NCBI GenBank assembly: GCA_964403585.1 | Contig: CAYOFQ010000001.1 | Coordinates: 1,216,826-1,280,825, forward strand | Direction: 5' to 3' | Length of the DNA: 64,000 nucleotides | Source: an uncultured Gammaproteobacteria bacterium | Lineage (GTDB): Bacteria > Patescibacteriota > Microgenomatia > JALYQM01 | Part shown: piece by piece, positions 51,004-61,060 of the stretch | Numbering within the stretch: position 1 is the stretch's first letter | Layout of the letters: each line of letters begins with the position of its first letter | Program-made: the position numbers and the translations under genes | Notes under the pieces: generated by a model | The model's database searches: none | What the model was told of the DNA's origin: nothing | What the model saw: only the letters and a program-made list of their open reading frames with translations

Positions 51004-51032
51004 TGTTCATATACCATTTATGTGCTATCATA
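51004..51032 (+). promoter_or_regulatory. putative promoter for the 51078 gene
   Basis: TTGTTC-N17-TATCAT; SD gaaaggag 7 nt before the ATG. Confidence 0.35.
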
Positions 51033-51077
51033 TTATTACATTAATAATATAATATATGTTTATGAAAGGAGTATCAC

Positions 51078-51611
51078 ATGCATACAATCATAGGCGTGTT
51101 TAATGAACGTGATGAGGCGGAAAAAGCAGTGCAGGAATTACAGGATATGGGCATTGGTAATACCGATATTTCGTATGTCCGCGGAGGACATGACGGTGAT
51201 ATGGAAGTAACCGACGCTGCCGGAGATGTAGCCAAAGACACCACTGCCGGAGCCGCCTCAGGCGCAGTAACCGGTGGTATTCTTGGTACCGTTGCCGGCC
51301 TTGCAGTAGCTAATGGAATACTTCCGGGACTTGGCACCCTCTTTGTGGCAGGTCCGTTAGCCACTGCACTCGGCTTTACCGGAGCTGCTGCTACAACAGC
51401 CGCAGGAGCTTTAACCGGAGCTGCAGCCGGAGGATTAGTTGGAGCCCTCGGGGGACTCGGTGTATCGGCTTCTGAAGCAAAAAATTACGAAGATAGAGTT
51501 CGCAGCGGCGGAACACTAGTCACTGCCAAAATTGACGATTACGATGAGTCAGAAGTCCGCAGCGTCTTTAAACAATATGATGCAGATGACATCCAGGTGT
51601 ATTCTACGTAA
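51078..51611 (+). CDS. general-stress-protein-like (YflT-type N- and C-terminal modules with Gly/Ala-rich hydrophobic centre)
   Basis: IIGVFNERDEAEKAVQELQDMGI at the N-terminus, YEDRVRSGGTLVTAKIDDYDES at the C-terminus; 177 aa. Confidence 0.45.
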   Translation: MHTIIGVFNERDEAEKAVQELQDMGIGNTDISYVRGGHDGDMEVTDAAGDVAKDTTAGAASGAVTGGILGTVAGLAVANGILPGLGTLFVAGPLATALGFTGAAATTAAGALTGAAAGGLVGALGGLGVSASEAKNYEDRVRSGGTLVTAKIDDYDESEVRSVFKQYDADDIQVYST

Positions 51612-51653
51612 TAATAGAAATTGTAAGAAACTAACACTTATTAATTCACCAGC

Positions 51654-51690
51654 AATAAGGGCCGTTTAACCACGGCTCTTATTGTGTTTA
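51654..51690. terminator. bidirectional hairpin terminator between the convergent 51078 gene and nfo
   Basis: aataagggccg-tttaacca-cggctcttatt stem-loop. Confidence 0.45.
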
Positions 51691-52542
51691 TCGGCTTAGT
51701 TCACGCAGATGATCAATGTTCTCTTTATCCGGACCGCTCTTCTCATCCATTCCCGGAACTTCCAGCATAAATGGCAGGTTCCGGAGCCGCTCCTCATGCA
51801 GAAGTTCTTTAAATACTGCATCACCAATCTGGCCTCTGCCAATGTTTTCATGCCGGTCTTTATGTGAGTTGAATTCGGTTTTTGAGTCGTTACAGTGGAT
51901 AACTTTTAAAGTATCGATTCCAACCAGTTCATCATATTTCTTCAAGACACCATCGAGATCCTTGGTAATATCATATCCGGAGGCAAAAGTATGCTGTGTA
52001 TCCCAACATGTTTTAACACGATGAACATCATTAATTCCCTGCCGTATATCCCGCAAATGCTCATATTGCGAACCGATAGTATTACCTGCTCCGGCAGTAA
52101 CTTCCAAAATAAGCGTAGTTTCGGCAGGGGTTTTACTCAAAACCCAGTTAATACTTTTCTGTATTGTTTCAATTGCCTGCTCATACGTTGTCCCAGTCGA
52201 CGAGCCGATATGGGTAACCACACCATCTGCATGAATCAAGGCTGCTGTATTGAGGTAATCAACTAACGATTGTTTGGCAAGATGATTTTTCGCACCTTCC
52301 TGAGAAGCAAGGTTCATCAAATAGATCGAATGGAAAAAAAGTCCCCGTAATCCTGAAGCAGCATATTTTTCATTAAATTTTTTGACTGTCGATTCCTCAA
52401 GCTGAGTAAATCGATACGATTGCGGTGCCGAGACGAAAATTTGCATGGCATCAGCACCAATTTCCAGCGCCCGATCAATGCCTTTATCAATACCACCGGC
52501 AGTCGAAACATGCGCACCAATAATGGGATAAGAATCACTCAT
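51688..52542 (-). CDS. nfo: endonuclease IV (AP endonuclease family 2)
   Basis: IGAHVS..GG, FFHSIYLMNL, HIGS, LEVTAG, HCNDSK, HENIGRGQIG motifs. Confidence 0.9.
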   Translation of the reverse strand: MSDSYPIIGAHVSTAGGIDKGIDRALEIGADAMQIFVSAPQSYRFTQLEESTVKKFNEKYAASGLRGLFFHSIYLMNLASQEGAKNHLAKQSLVDYLNTAALIHADGVVTHIGSSTGTTYEQAIETIQKSINWVLSKTPAETTLILEVTAGAGNTIGSQYEHLRDIRQGINDVHRVKTCWDTQHTFASGYDITKDLDGVLKKYDELVGIDTLKVIHCNDSKTEFNSHKDRHENIGRGQIGDAVFKELLHEERLRNLPFMLEVPGMDEKSGPDKENIDHLRELSR

Positions 52543-52543
52543 A

Positions 52544-53023
52544 TTAAATAACCCGGCTAACTAAATTAATAATAGCGTACATAAAAACAACTACAATTAC
52601 GGCGGGAATCAAATGTGGAATATTTTTTTGTAAATCCTCGGCAGTAACTTTGTAGCGTGACTGAAAAAGCATAATTAAGATACCATGGACAACAAATAAA
52701 GCCACAAACCCGGCCAGATAAACATTGCGCAGCGAAATATAACTCGATAAGAATAACGGTGAATGACGAAGGGTAAACAGATAGATACCCATCCCCCACA
52801 CTAACCCCCATACCGCATAGCGTAAAGCAGCAGCTTGACCTTTAAGTAAGGCATAGAGCATGATCGCAAATGAGGTTAAACTATACACTGCTATCCGAAA
52901 ACTATCCGGTGCTGCACCCGGCAAACTGCCAAAGTAAGCACTTCCCGCTAAATAAGCGAATACACCAATCAGCACAGCATAAGCAATTTCCAGCAGGGTA
53001 GGTAAACGATGATTAAATTCCAT
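52544..53023 (-). CDS. membrane protein, unknown function
   Basis: 159 aa, 4-5 TM helices. Confidence 0.45.
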   Translation of the reverse strand: MEFNHRLPTLLEIAYAVLIGVFAYLAGSAYFGSLPGAAPDSFRIAVYSLTSFAIMLYALLKGQAAALRYAVWGLVWGMGIYLFTLRHSPLFLSSYISLRNVYLAGFVALFVVHGILIMLFQSRYKVTAEDLQKNIPHLIPAVIVVVFMYAIINLVSRVI

Positions 53024-53026
53024 ACA

Positions 53027-53599
53027 TTACGTCGTAGCCATACGGCCATCAAGCTCCAATACATCTGCTTTCGACTGTAAGGCTTCGATCACATCTCCGA
53101 TCAGAACATCAAGTTCGAAACCCAACTCTTGAGCGCCGTTTATAATATCATCCCGCGATACCTTGGCAGCAAACTCTTTTTGCTTCAGTTTTTTCTTAAC
53201 CGAAGAAATCTCAACATCATTAATATTTTTACTTGGTTTAACCAGAGCAACCGCAGTAACAAATCCGGATAATTCATCCACAGCAAAGAGCGACTTCTCC
53301 ATATTAGTATGTCGTTCAACACCGGATCGTTCAGCATGCGAAAGTATCGCACGACAAATAACTTCATCAATACCTAATTCGCGTAAATGTTTAACACCCA
53401 CAAACGGATGTTCTTCAAGGGACGGGTGTTTCTCATAGTCAAAGTCGTGTAAGAGACCAACAGCCTCCCACAAGTCTGCATTTTCGCCAAATTTAAGAGC
53501 TAAGTGACGCATCGAAGCAGCGACTGCTTCACAGTGTTTCCGCAGGCTTGGCGCCTGCACCCATTCATAAAGTAGTTTGCGTGCATTTTCTGCTGTCAT
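53027..53599 (-). CDS. HD-domain phosphohydrolase
   Basis: H...LLHDFDY...H...D pattern; 190 aa. Confidence 0.7.
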   Translation of the reverse strand: MTAENARKLLYEWVQAPSLRKHCEAVAASMRHLALKFGENADLWEAVGLLHDFDYEKHPSLEEHPFVGVKHLRELGIDEVICRAILSHAERSGVERHTNMEKSLFAVDELSGFVTAVALVKPSKNINDVEISSVKKKLKQKEFAAKVSRDDIINGAQELGFELDVLIGDVIEALQSKADVLELDGRMATT

Positions 53600-53600
53600 A

Positions 53601-54056
53601 TTACTTAACCACTATCGTTCCTTTCATTCCCTGAGCAGCATGGTTTCCGATGGAACAGATAAATTCAAACGTACCGGCTTTATCAGGAGTAAACTCAATA
53701 GTTGTCGGCCCGCTGGTCGAAAGATCTTCACTTATACCCAAATCTTTCGCCACGAAATCATGCATTCCACCGGTATTTGTAACAACAAGCTTTACCTTCT
53801 CACCTTTAGAAACCTCTATTTTATTCGGATTAAAACCATAACTGAAAGCTTCCACCTTGATTTCCCGTGCTTGGCCACCCTGATCGGAAGTTATTTTATC
53901 ATCTGTCTGATCAAGCTGATTTGGATCAATACTTGCTACCGGAGATTGGCTCGAAGTCACTGGAGAATCAGTTTCCGCAGGAGTGTTTTGAGAAGAACAT
54001 GCACTAAGTGTAATAACGAGGGTAAGTAATGACACAGCCAGTACTGATCTTTTCAT
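53601..54056 (-). CDS. lipoprotein with cupredoxin-like (type-1 copper) domain
   Basis: Lipobox LTLVITLSAC; ligand-like GGMHDF ... FICSIGNHAAQGM (H...C-x4-H-x4-M). Confidence 0.55.
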   Translation of the reverse strand: MKRSVLAVSLLTLVITLSACSSQNTPAETDSPVTSSQSPVASIDPNQLDQTDDKITSDQGGQAREIKVEAFSYGFNPNKIEVSKGEKVKLVVTNTGGMHDFVAKDLGISEDLSTSGPTTIEFTPDKAGTFEFICSIGNHAAQGMKGTIVVK

Positions 54057-54105
54057 AGTAAAACTCCTTGAAGAACTATAATACTACCTACTATACCAAA
54101 ATATG

Positions 54106-54990
54106 TTAGTCGCGTGAAGACCATTTGCCGTAAATCCCAGTTGAAAGAACTCTTTCTGAACCTGTTTGATTTAGAATCAACTCTCCACAGGAAATATCAC
54201 CGGAGTAACCTGCCATAGTCTCTTCAAGCATGGTATCCAGCAATAAAGACGACACGCTTACCGCATAGGCATTCACTATCATAAACAACGGATCATCGGC
54301 CAATATACTCTGACACGCTTGCAATAGAGTTCCAAAATGAGTGTGAAATTTCCATACTTCTCCTTTTGCACCATGTCCAAAAGCAGGTGGATCCATAATA
54401 ATACCATGGTACTTTTTCCCACGCCGGGCTTCCCGATGCACAAACGATAATACATCTTCAAGAATCCAACGGATCGAGTCATCAGGTAGACCGCTAGCCT
54501 GCTGATTCTCTTTCGCCCAACTAATTGCCGGGCGCGACCCATCGACATGGGTAACAAAAGCGCCTGCCAAAGCACACGCGACACTGGCACCGCCGGTATA
54601 ACCGAACAAGTTAAGAATCTGTTGTTTCTCTTTTCGTAAAGAAATCTTTTCGCGCATCCAATCCCAGTGTGCTGCCTGCTCAGGAAACACCCCCAAGTGC
54701 TTGAATGGAGTAGGCTCAACCCAAAACTTCATGTCCTTATAACTGATTTGCCAACGTTGTGGAACAGAAGCAGACAATTTCCACTCCCCTTTATCTTCCT
54801 GTTTGCGTACAAACGTTGCATCTACCGAACGCCATAACGCTTCATCACTTCTATTCCACAGCACTTGTGGGTCCGGCCTCCTGAAAATATACTTCCCCCA
54901 ACGTTCAAGCCGTTCACCAGAGCCTGAATCAAGTAACGTATAATCTTTCCACTGATCCGCTGAGAGCAAAGAAATTGTTTTCATACCCAC
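54106..54990 (-). CDS. class I SAM-dependent rRNA methyltransferase (RlmI/RlmK-like)
   Basis: FGYTGGASVACALAGA motif I; IIMDPPAF motif IV. Confidence 0.65.
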   Translation of the reverse strand: MGMKTISLLSADQWKDYTLLDSGSGERLERWGKYIFRRPDPQVLWNRSDEALWRSVDATFVRKQEDKGEWKLSASVPQRWQISYKDMKFWVEPTPFKHLGVFPEQAAHWDWMREKISLRKEKQQILNLFGYTGGASVACALAGAFVTHVDGSRPAISWAKENQQASGLPDDSIRWILEDVLSFVHREARRGKKYHGIIMDPPAFGHGAKGEVWKFHTHFGTLLQACQSILADDPLFMIVNAYAVSVSSLLLDTMLEETMAGYSGDISCGELILNQTGSERVLSTGIYGKWSSRD

Positions 54991-55955
54991 TATTGTAACC
55001 TAAACTCCCCGTAGATACCAAAATGATCACTTATGGTACCGCCAAACCGGGTGTAACGAACAAAGGTATTAGTTTTATTAGTGAACTGATAATCAATTCG
55101 AATAGCCGGGAAACTGGTATGATAGGTTTTTGGAAAAATTAGTACCCCGTTAGGCTGGTTCATAGTATATTGCTGTTCTAAGAACCGGATAAACGAATAA
55201 TTTCTGGTTGAGTTGAAATCCCCCCCCATAAAAACCGGACCGGGTGTAGTATACAAATCCCTCGTCAAATCATGAAACTGTGTACTTCTCATCGCAAAAT
55301 CATAACCATTATCACGCCTGACTCTGTCACCGAATATCGGTACACGCCAGTGGATATTATAAAAAGTCACCATCTTATCCTGAATTTGGATCTCATGTCT
55401 GGAATAACCCTGCGATAACGGATACTCACTGTGGCTGATCGGAAAACGGGAAAGAACCATAAATTCTCCATGGTGTTCCACCGAATACTCCGGAAATGCA
55501 CGCTGCATCCGTTCAGCAACACCGGGAGATCGTGTATTCAAAACTTCCTGTAAAAGGTACACATCTGCGGTATGCAATTTCATTTCACGAATGAACATCG
55601 GCTCCCGATGTACATCCCAAACTTCAGTGTTCCAGTTAACTACACGAACCGTTTCCCCGGTAAATTCGTGCACGTGCTCCGGAATCCGGATCCACACAAT
55701 ATCCAGAAGCCAGATTACCGACATTAAAAGACCCGATACCGGCAATAATAGTAAAAAAGGAGCACGCTGACCAAACAAAGAATATCCACTTACAAGTAAC
55801 ACTAGAAAAATAAGTACATAGCTACTTTGCGGAATAAGGGAGAAATATTCGAACAGTGCCGCAGTTCCACCAAAGTAGAAACTGACAAAAATACAAAATA
55901 TGGCAAACAAATACGCAAGCAACCAGAAAAAGATCAATAATTTCCGCATGGACAC
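54990..55955 (-). CDS. endonuclease/exonuclease/phosphatase (EEP) family protein with N-terminal TM helices
   Basis: VYLLQEV, GGDFNS, SDHFGI motifs. Confidence 0.7.
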   Translation of the reverse strand: MSMRKLLIFFWLLAYLFAIFCIFVSFYFGGTAALFEYFSLIPQSSYVLIFLVLLVSGYSLFGQRAPFLLLLPVSGLLMSVIWLLDIVWIRIPEHVHEFTGETVRVVNWNTEVWDVHREPMFIREMKLHTADVYLLQEVLNTRSPGVAERMQRAFPEYSVEHHGEFMVLSRFPISHSEYPLSQGYSRHEIQIQDKMVTFYNIHWRVPIFGDRVRRDNGYDFAMRSTQFHDLTRDLYTTPGPVFMGGDFNSTRNYSFIRFLEQQYTMNQPNGVLIFPKTYHTSFPAIRIDYQFTNKTNTFVRYTRFGGTISDHFGIYGEFRLQ

Positions 55956-55961
55956 TATCTA

Positions 55962-56417
55962 CTATACCCCGGAAGCTTCATACTTTTCTACCATTTTTCC
56001 GAGTTCATCTATTCTATGAGCTAGAACTTGAAGCAACGAAATACTTATTTCCGGAAAAGCATAGAGCGTTTGCAAAAAATCAGCGGCCGACAAACCTAAA
56101 ACCTGTGTATCCATTAACGCCTCTGCCGATGCAGCACGGCGATACTGGTTAAATAACGAGAGCTCGCCAATAATTTCGCCCGGCCCGCGCTTGGTAAGAA
56201 GAATCTTTTCTCCCGAATCAGCCATCCGATAAATTTGTACAGCTCCAGAATTAATAAAATAAATAATTGTATCAAGGGAATCCTGCTCTATCAGCACTTC
56301 GCCCTGATGATAATCCTTCTCAGTAGTTTTAAGTGCAATCTGAACCAGATTGTCTTCAGCTAGAGTAGAAAATAGATAATTATTTTTTATGAGCTGGACC
56401 TTATCTTCAAGCGTCAT
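55962..56417 (-). CDS. stand-alone cyclic-nucleotide-binding domain protein
   Basis: GEIIGELSLF...RRAASAEA cNMP-binding signature; 151 aa; no DNA-binding domain. Confidence 0.7.
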   Translation of the reverse strand: MTLEDKVQLIKNNYLFSTLAEDNLVQIALKTTEKDYHQGEVLIEQDSLDTIIYFINSGAVQIYRMADSGEKILLTKRGPGEIIGELSLFNQYRRAASAEALMDTQVLGLSAADFLQTLYAFPEISISLLQVLAHRIDELGKMVEKYEASGV

Positions 56418-56438
56418 TAACTCACTCCTTGCACAAAG

Positions 56439-56735
56439 CTACTTTTCTTTTCTCTTCTGCATCTGATCGACGATCTTGTCTAATGCACCATCAACCGCTT
56501 CATACAAATCATCGTGTGTATTCTTGGCGACCACATCCGGACCGGGAATTTCCACCTTCACTTTAACATCGGCATTAGGTTGTCCGCCTTTTCGGTGATT
56601 CATATAATCTAATACAACTGTTGCTTTGGTGATATGCTCTTCATACACTTTCAACTGGGACAGAATCATTTTCTCTACTCGTGAACGAATAGCTTCGGTA
56701 AGCTCAAAATTGCGAGCTTCAATTGAGGTAAGCAT
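56439..56735 (-). CDS. hpf: ribosome hibernation promoting factor / RaiA (start at MLTSIEARNF; ORF track extends to 56843)
   Basis: HPF/YfiA fold: FELTEAIRSRVEKMILSQLKVYEEHITKATVVL. Confidence 0.8.
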   Translation of the reverse strand: MLTSIEARNFELTEAIRSRVEKMILSQLKVYEEHITKATVVLDYMNHRKGGQPNADVKVKVEIPGPDVVAKNTHDDLYEAVDGALDKIVDQMQKRKEK

Positions 56736-56817
56736 ACAGCTCCTTTGTACATTACAAATAATAATGCTAGGCAAAATATAACAGTATTGATAGTAGAAAT
56801 AAAGCCTGAAAAATACC

Positions 56818-57780
56818 TTAGAAACTAAAAAGCTTAAAGGCATTTGCTGTTGTGGCGTTTATTACTTCATCGAGTGAAAGGCCTTTTATCTCTGCAATTT
56901 TCTTAGCCGTTTCAACCATAAAGGCACTCTCATTGCGCTTTCCCCTATACGGCACCGGAGACAAAAATGGACCATCGGTTTCTAAAACTATCCGCGCAAG
57001 GGGAACTTCTCGTGCAATCTCTTGAATTTGTACGGCATTCTTATAGGTGACATTGCCGGCAAACGAAACCATGAATCCCATATCAATGCATTTTTTTACA
57101 TATTCCAGCGGACCACTCACGCAGTGCAATACACCAACTATCTTTGTCTCTTCGGCGGTTCCCGGGGTAGTAGAAACTTCTTCCTGGCCGCCCTCAAAGT
57201 AATTTTTTTCCAACTGCGCTATTGAGAAGGCAAAATCTTGTTCCGAATAGTCCTTACCTTCGCCAAAATATTCACCAAGGATATCCAGGACATCCCGGTA
57301 CGCCTGATCCCCGGACTCATCCCGTACATGCAGCGATAACGGAAGGCCATGCTGCAGCGCAAACAATATTTGACGTTCAAACAAATCGTGTTGCCATTCT
57401 TTTAATTGATCTATCTCAGACTCAGTGCGGGGACTCTCGTTCTCAGGACGGACAAAGCAGTAATAGTCCAGACCACACTCACCAACACCAACTGTTTTCT
57501 GAATAATAAGCTCATCATCGAGCTTCTTCATTAACCGGTTAATCTCATCCTGGCTAAAGTTCGCCCCGGTTACTATTTCCGGATGGTATCCGATACAACG
57601 ATAAACCTCCGCATTTTTGGCAACAATTGCGCGTGTTTTTTCGTTAGTGGATTCATCTACACCGATAGTGACAATCCGCTCTACTCCTGCTTCACGGTTG
57701 CGCTGTAATACAGAATCAAAATCTTCCTGGTAACTTTCCCAATCTAAATGACAATGGGTATCAATAAGCATATCTACCAT
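56818..57780 (-). CDS. tatD: TatD-family metal-dependent DNase with ~50-aa insertion
   Basis: MLIDTHCHL, GECGLDYY, SLHVRD, LETDGPFL motifs; 320 aa. Confidence 0.8.
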   Translation of the reverse strand: MVDMLIDTHCHLDWESYQEDFDSVLQRNREAGVERIVTIGVDESTNEKTRAIVAKNAEVYRCIGYHPEIVTGANFSQDEINRLMKKLDDELIIQKTVGVGECGLDYYCFVRPENESPRTESEIDQLKEWQHDLFERQILFALQHGLPLSLHVRDESGDQAYRDVLDILGEYFGEGKDYSEQDFAFSIAQLEKNYFEGGQEEVSTTPGTAEETKIVGVLHCVSGPLEYVKKCIDMGFMVSFAGNVTYKNAVQIQEIAREVPLARIVLETDGPFLSPVPYRGKRNESAFMVETAKKIAEIKGLSLDEVINATTANAFKLFSF

Positions 57781-57797
57781 TTTACCATAATGAAAGT

Positions 57798-58535
57798 CTA
57801 AAGCCGAAGCCCTACGCCATTCTCACGTAACCACTTCACCTGCTTTTTATACTCTGGATAATATCTCCACACTACTGCCCAAAACCGGTCTGAATGATTC
57901 ATTTCAACCAAATGAGCCAGTTCGTGCACTACCACATAATCCAGAACTTCTTTCGGAGCTAAAATCAGCCGCCAGCTGAAGTTTAAATTACCCTGAGAGG
58001 AACAACTACCCCACCGTGTTTTCTGATCTTTAATAGTCAGCTCGTTATAATCGAGATTCATTTGGGCACGATAGTATTCTAGCGATCCGGTTATAACCGC
58101 TTTAGCCTGCTGCCGGTACCATCGCTCCAGAATTTTCTCAGCCAGTTCGGCTTTAACACATTGCACTACAATCACGTCATCTTCAACAATAACCGGCGGT
58201 AGTACCCGCTTCCCGACATCAATAACCAGCTGGTATTTCTTACCCAAGTAGACAATCGAGTTCTTTTCCAGAAAAGGCTCAAACAAATGACTTTGCTTTT
58301 CCCTCGTTTTAGCAATTCGCAGCCACTCTTTAAATACCCATTCCCGGTTACTTTCTAAAAATCTTTCCCCATCCTGAATCGAGGCGCGTTTTGGTAGAAG
58401 TAATCTAATTCCCGCAATAGTCTCGGCAATAATCCGCATCCGGGTAGAACGGGAGCTTCGCTCAATCCGGTACGGGATCTCCTCATCATAGGCGATTAAA
58501 ACCTTTTCAATATAATCATCTGCCATAAGTGCCAT
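57798..58535 (-). CDS. YgjP-like (DUF45/WLM-type) metal-dependent hydrolase
   Basis: VVHELAHLVEMNHSDRFW HExxH motif. Confidence 0.7.
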   Translation of the reverse strand: MALMADDYIEKVLIAYDEEIPYRIERSSRSTRMRIIAETIAGIRLLLPKRASIQDGERFLESNREWVFKEWLRIAKTREKQSHLFEPFLEKNSIVYLGKKYQLVIDVGKRVLPPVIVEDDVIVVQCVKAELAEKILERWYRQQAKAVITGSLEYYRAQMNLDYNELTIKDQKTRWGSCSSQGNLNFSWRLILAPKEVLDYVVVHELAHLVEMNHSDRFWAVVWRYYPEYKKQVKWLRENGVGLRL

Positions 58536-58567
58536 ACTAGCTGAATAAAAAAAATGGTCAAGAGGTC

Positions 58568-59287
58568 TCAGGAGTCTTTATGGAGGTGTATAGGCATAAA
58601 GGTATTACGCAACAGCTTGACTGTGCTCTGTCGTTCTTCCAGTGAATTATATTGCTTATTCACTATAGTATGCCGGCGTTCCTGTATCGCTTTTAAAATC
58701 TCCCGCCAGTCACCGGTCTTGGGAAGATCAACCGAGACACACGTATTCCCGATATTATTCAACGTATGCGCATCACTGCCGCCAATACCAGGCAAATCCA
58801 ACACTAAAGCCAATGCCTGTGCACGCATATTATCGAGGGGTAATTCGTCACTGTTAAATACTTCTACCGCATCAAAGGCATAATCACCTACCTGGTGACC
58901 AATATAGAGTACTTTCCCGTATCTGCTGCAAAAAGGATGGGCCACAACTGCAATACCTCCGGCAGCATGTATAGCCGCAATAGTTTCCTTAACTGACCGG
59001 CGGGAAGGAATTCGCTCCTCGACGCCATATGCAAGGATATGAGTTCTGCGACGTGATAATCTGTTCGATCGAGTAGTAATTTCTACTCCGGGGATAAGTA
59101 CGATTCCTTTTTCCTGAGCATATTCTTTTACTACACCATATGCTTCCTGGGAATCATGATCGGTAATTGCGATAAAATCCAGTCCAATAGAAACCGCATG
59201 ATCAATAAGCTCAAAAGGAGTTGGCAAGTCACGATGAACCCATTTAACACGGGATAAACGCGTATGGCAATGCATCTCACCAATCAT
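58568..59287 (-). CDS. PHP-domain phosphoesterase
   Basis: MHCHTRLS...ITDHD PHP motifs; 239 aa. Confidence 0.75.
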   Translation of the reverse strand: MIGEMHCHTRLSRVKWVHRDLPTPFELIDHAVSIGLDFIAITDHDSQEAYGVVKEYAQEKGIVLIPGVEITTRSNRLSRRRTHILAYGVEERIPSRRSVKETIAAIHAAGGIAVVAHPFCSRYGKVLYIGHQVGDYAFDAVEVFNSDELPLDNMRAQALALVLDLPGIGGSDAHTLNNIGNTCVSVDLPKTGDWREILKAIQERRHTIVNKQYNSLEERQSTVKLLRNTFMPIHLHKDS

Positions 59288-59896
59288 AGAACGATTGTAT
59301 CACACCCCGCGAAAAATCTTGCAAATAATTTTCTCTTGCAGGACAATAATAGTATGAATAGTAACTTCGGCTTTGCCATGATTGTTGATCCGATCATTCC
59401 GATCGTTAATCTCTGTTATTTTTTTATCGTAATCATCGCCATAATCACGACCATCACAGTGTTAATTGGTAAACGAAAAACGCCGGGATACAACCTCAGG
59501 TTCCTGGTAACAGGGGCCTTATCAACAGCGTTCTCAGTTATAACATCGTTTATACTAATTGAAATATTCGCCTATTTCACTGCCGACACGGCACAAAGTT
59601 CCTATTACCGCTCAGTTGTGTACCATTCCAGCAGTTGGAATATCTTATATTTCCATCTCTTAACTGTTTTATTTACTACCGCTTCGGTATTTTATTTATA
59701 TAAGAGAGATAACAAATCATTCGCAACCACTACAACCATTGTTCTCTGTGTCTTGTTCAGTTTATTACTAAGTTTCATCCCGGCAATGTATGTCCGTCAA
59801 TTCATTTACGAACCAACCCCGGCTATTCAGTTACGAACTCCCGGACCCGAATTCTACTCACAACAACAGCTCCAACCACCTCAAGTACCGTACTAA
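59264..59896 (+). CDS. membrane protein, unknown function
   Basis: 210 aa, about 4 TM helices. Confidence 0.45.
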   Translation: MAMHLTNHRTIVSHPAKNLANNFLLQDNNSMNSNFGFAMIVDPIIPIVNLCYFFIVIIAIITTITVLIGKRKTPGYNLRFLVTGALSTAFSVITSFILIEIFAYFTADTAQSSYYRSVVYHSSSWNILYFHLLTVLFTTASVFYLYKRDNKSFATTTTIVLCVLFSLLLSFIPAMYVRQFIYEPTPAIQLRTPGPEFYSQQQLQPPQVPY

Positions 59897-59941
59897 TTGA
59901 CCCCTTTACGAGGCCAAACCTGAGGGATAAAATTAGGGGAT

Positions 59942-60991
59942 ATGAATATAGGTATTTTAACATCCGGTGGTGACTGTCCCGGCTTGAATGCAGTTATACG
60001 ATCTGTCGTATTAACAACCAAAAACAGAGACGAAAACAATAAAATTTACGGATTCCTCGACGGGTTCTGGGGTCTCTATGCTCCCGACGCCTTCGTTGAA
60101 TTAAAACGTCGCGATGTCGAAAACATCGAACGGACCGGAGGAACAATTCTTGGAACATCGAATAAAGGCGACTTTGGAGAGGTCGGACTATTAAAGGCAC
60201 CATCGCCTAAAGCGCTCGAAACCATCGACAAAATTAAAAAACGAAAAGAAGAATTGAATCTCGACGGATTAATCGTAACCGGCGGCGACGGCTCACTCAG
60301 AATTGCATACTGGATTGGACAACAGACCGGTATTAATATTATCGGCATTCCTAAGACTATCGATAATGACTTGGCCAATACTGAAGTAACCCTGGGCTTT
60401 AATACCGCCGTCACCACAGCCACCGATGCCATCGGCCGGATCCGTGATTCCGGAAGATCATTGCACCGGGTTATGATTGTCGAAGTAATGGGCTGGTCTG
60501 CCGGATGGATTGCTCTTGAATCGGGTATTGCCGGCGGTGCCGATGTCATTCTTCTACCCGAGATGCCATATAACTTTGATAATTTAGTTGCTCACATTAA
60601 TCAAAAAACTGAAAAAGACTTCAAATCGCTGGTTATTGTTATCGCCGAGGGAGCACCACAAAAGAACTTGGGCGAGAACCAGATGAGCGCAGGCACTGCG
60701 TTAGCGTACACGCTCCACCAGAAAACCGACATTGAAGCCCGGCTTACTATTCTCGGATATATTCAGCGCGGCGGCGAACCAACCACTTTTGATAAAATTC
60801 TGGGTACACGACTTGGCGAAGAAGCCGCTTCCGCACTACTCGACGGCAAGCATTCTCTCTATATGTCAGTTCAGAATAATTCGGTCGTACCGCTTCCGCT
60901 TGAAAAAGCCTCGTCGGAAACCCGTTTTGTACCAAATAATCATGAACTCATCAACACAGCCAAGGCTATTGGTGTGTACTTTGGTGAATAA
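59942..60991 (+). CDS. pfkA: 6-phosphofructokinase
   Basis: MNIGILTSGGDCPGLNAVIRSVV; GGDGS; PKTIDND motifs. Confidence 0.9.
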   Translation: MNIGILTSGGDCPGLNAVIRSVVLTTKNRDENNKIYGFLDGFWGLYAPDAFVELKRRDVENIERTGGTILGTSNKGDFGEVGLLKAPSPKALETIDKIKKRKEELNLDGLIVTGGDGSLRIAYWIGQQTGINIIGIPKTIDNDLANTEVTLGFNTAVTTATDAIGRIRDSGRSLHRVMIVEVMGWSAGWIALESGIAGGADVILLPEMPYNFDNLVAHINQKTEKDFKSLVIVIAEGAPQKNLGENQMSAGTALAYTLHQKTDIEARLTILGYIQRGGEPTTFDKILGTRLGEEAASALLDGKHSLYMSVQNNSVVPLPLEKASSETRFVPNNHELINTAKAIGVYFGE

Positions 60992-61012
60992 GAAAATTTA
61001 AGAAAACAAAAT

Positions 61013-61044
61013 AAAGGCAAAAGAGAAAATCTTTTGCCTTTATT
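61013..61044. terminator. bidirectional terminator between pfkA and the yggT-like gene
   Basis: aaaggcaaaag-agaaaat-cttttgccttt, perfect 11-bp stem. Confidence 0.5.
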
Positions 61045-61060
61045 AGTATCTATAGCAATT

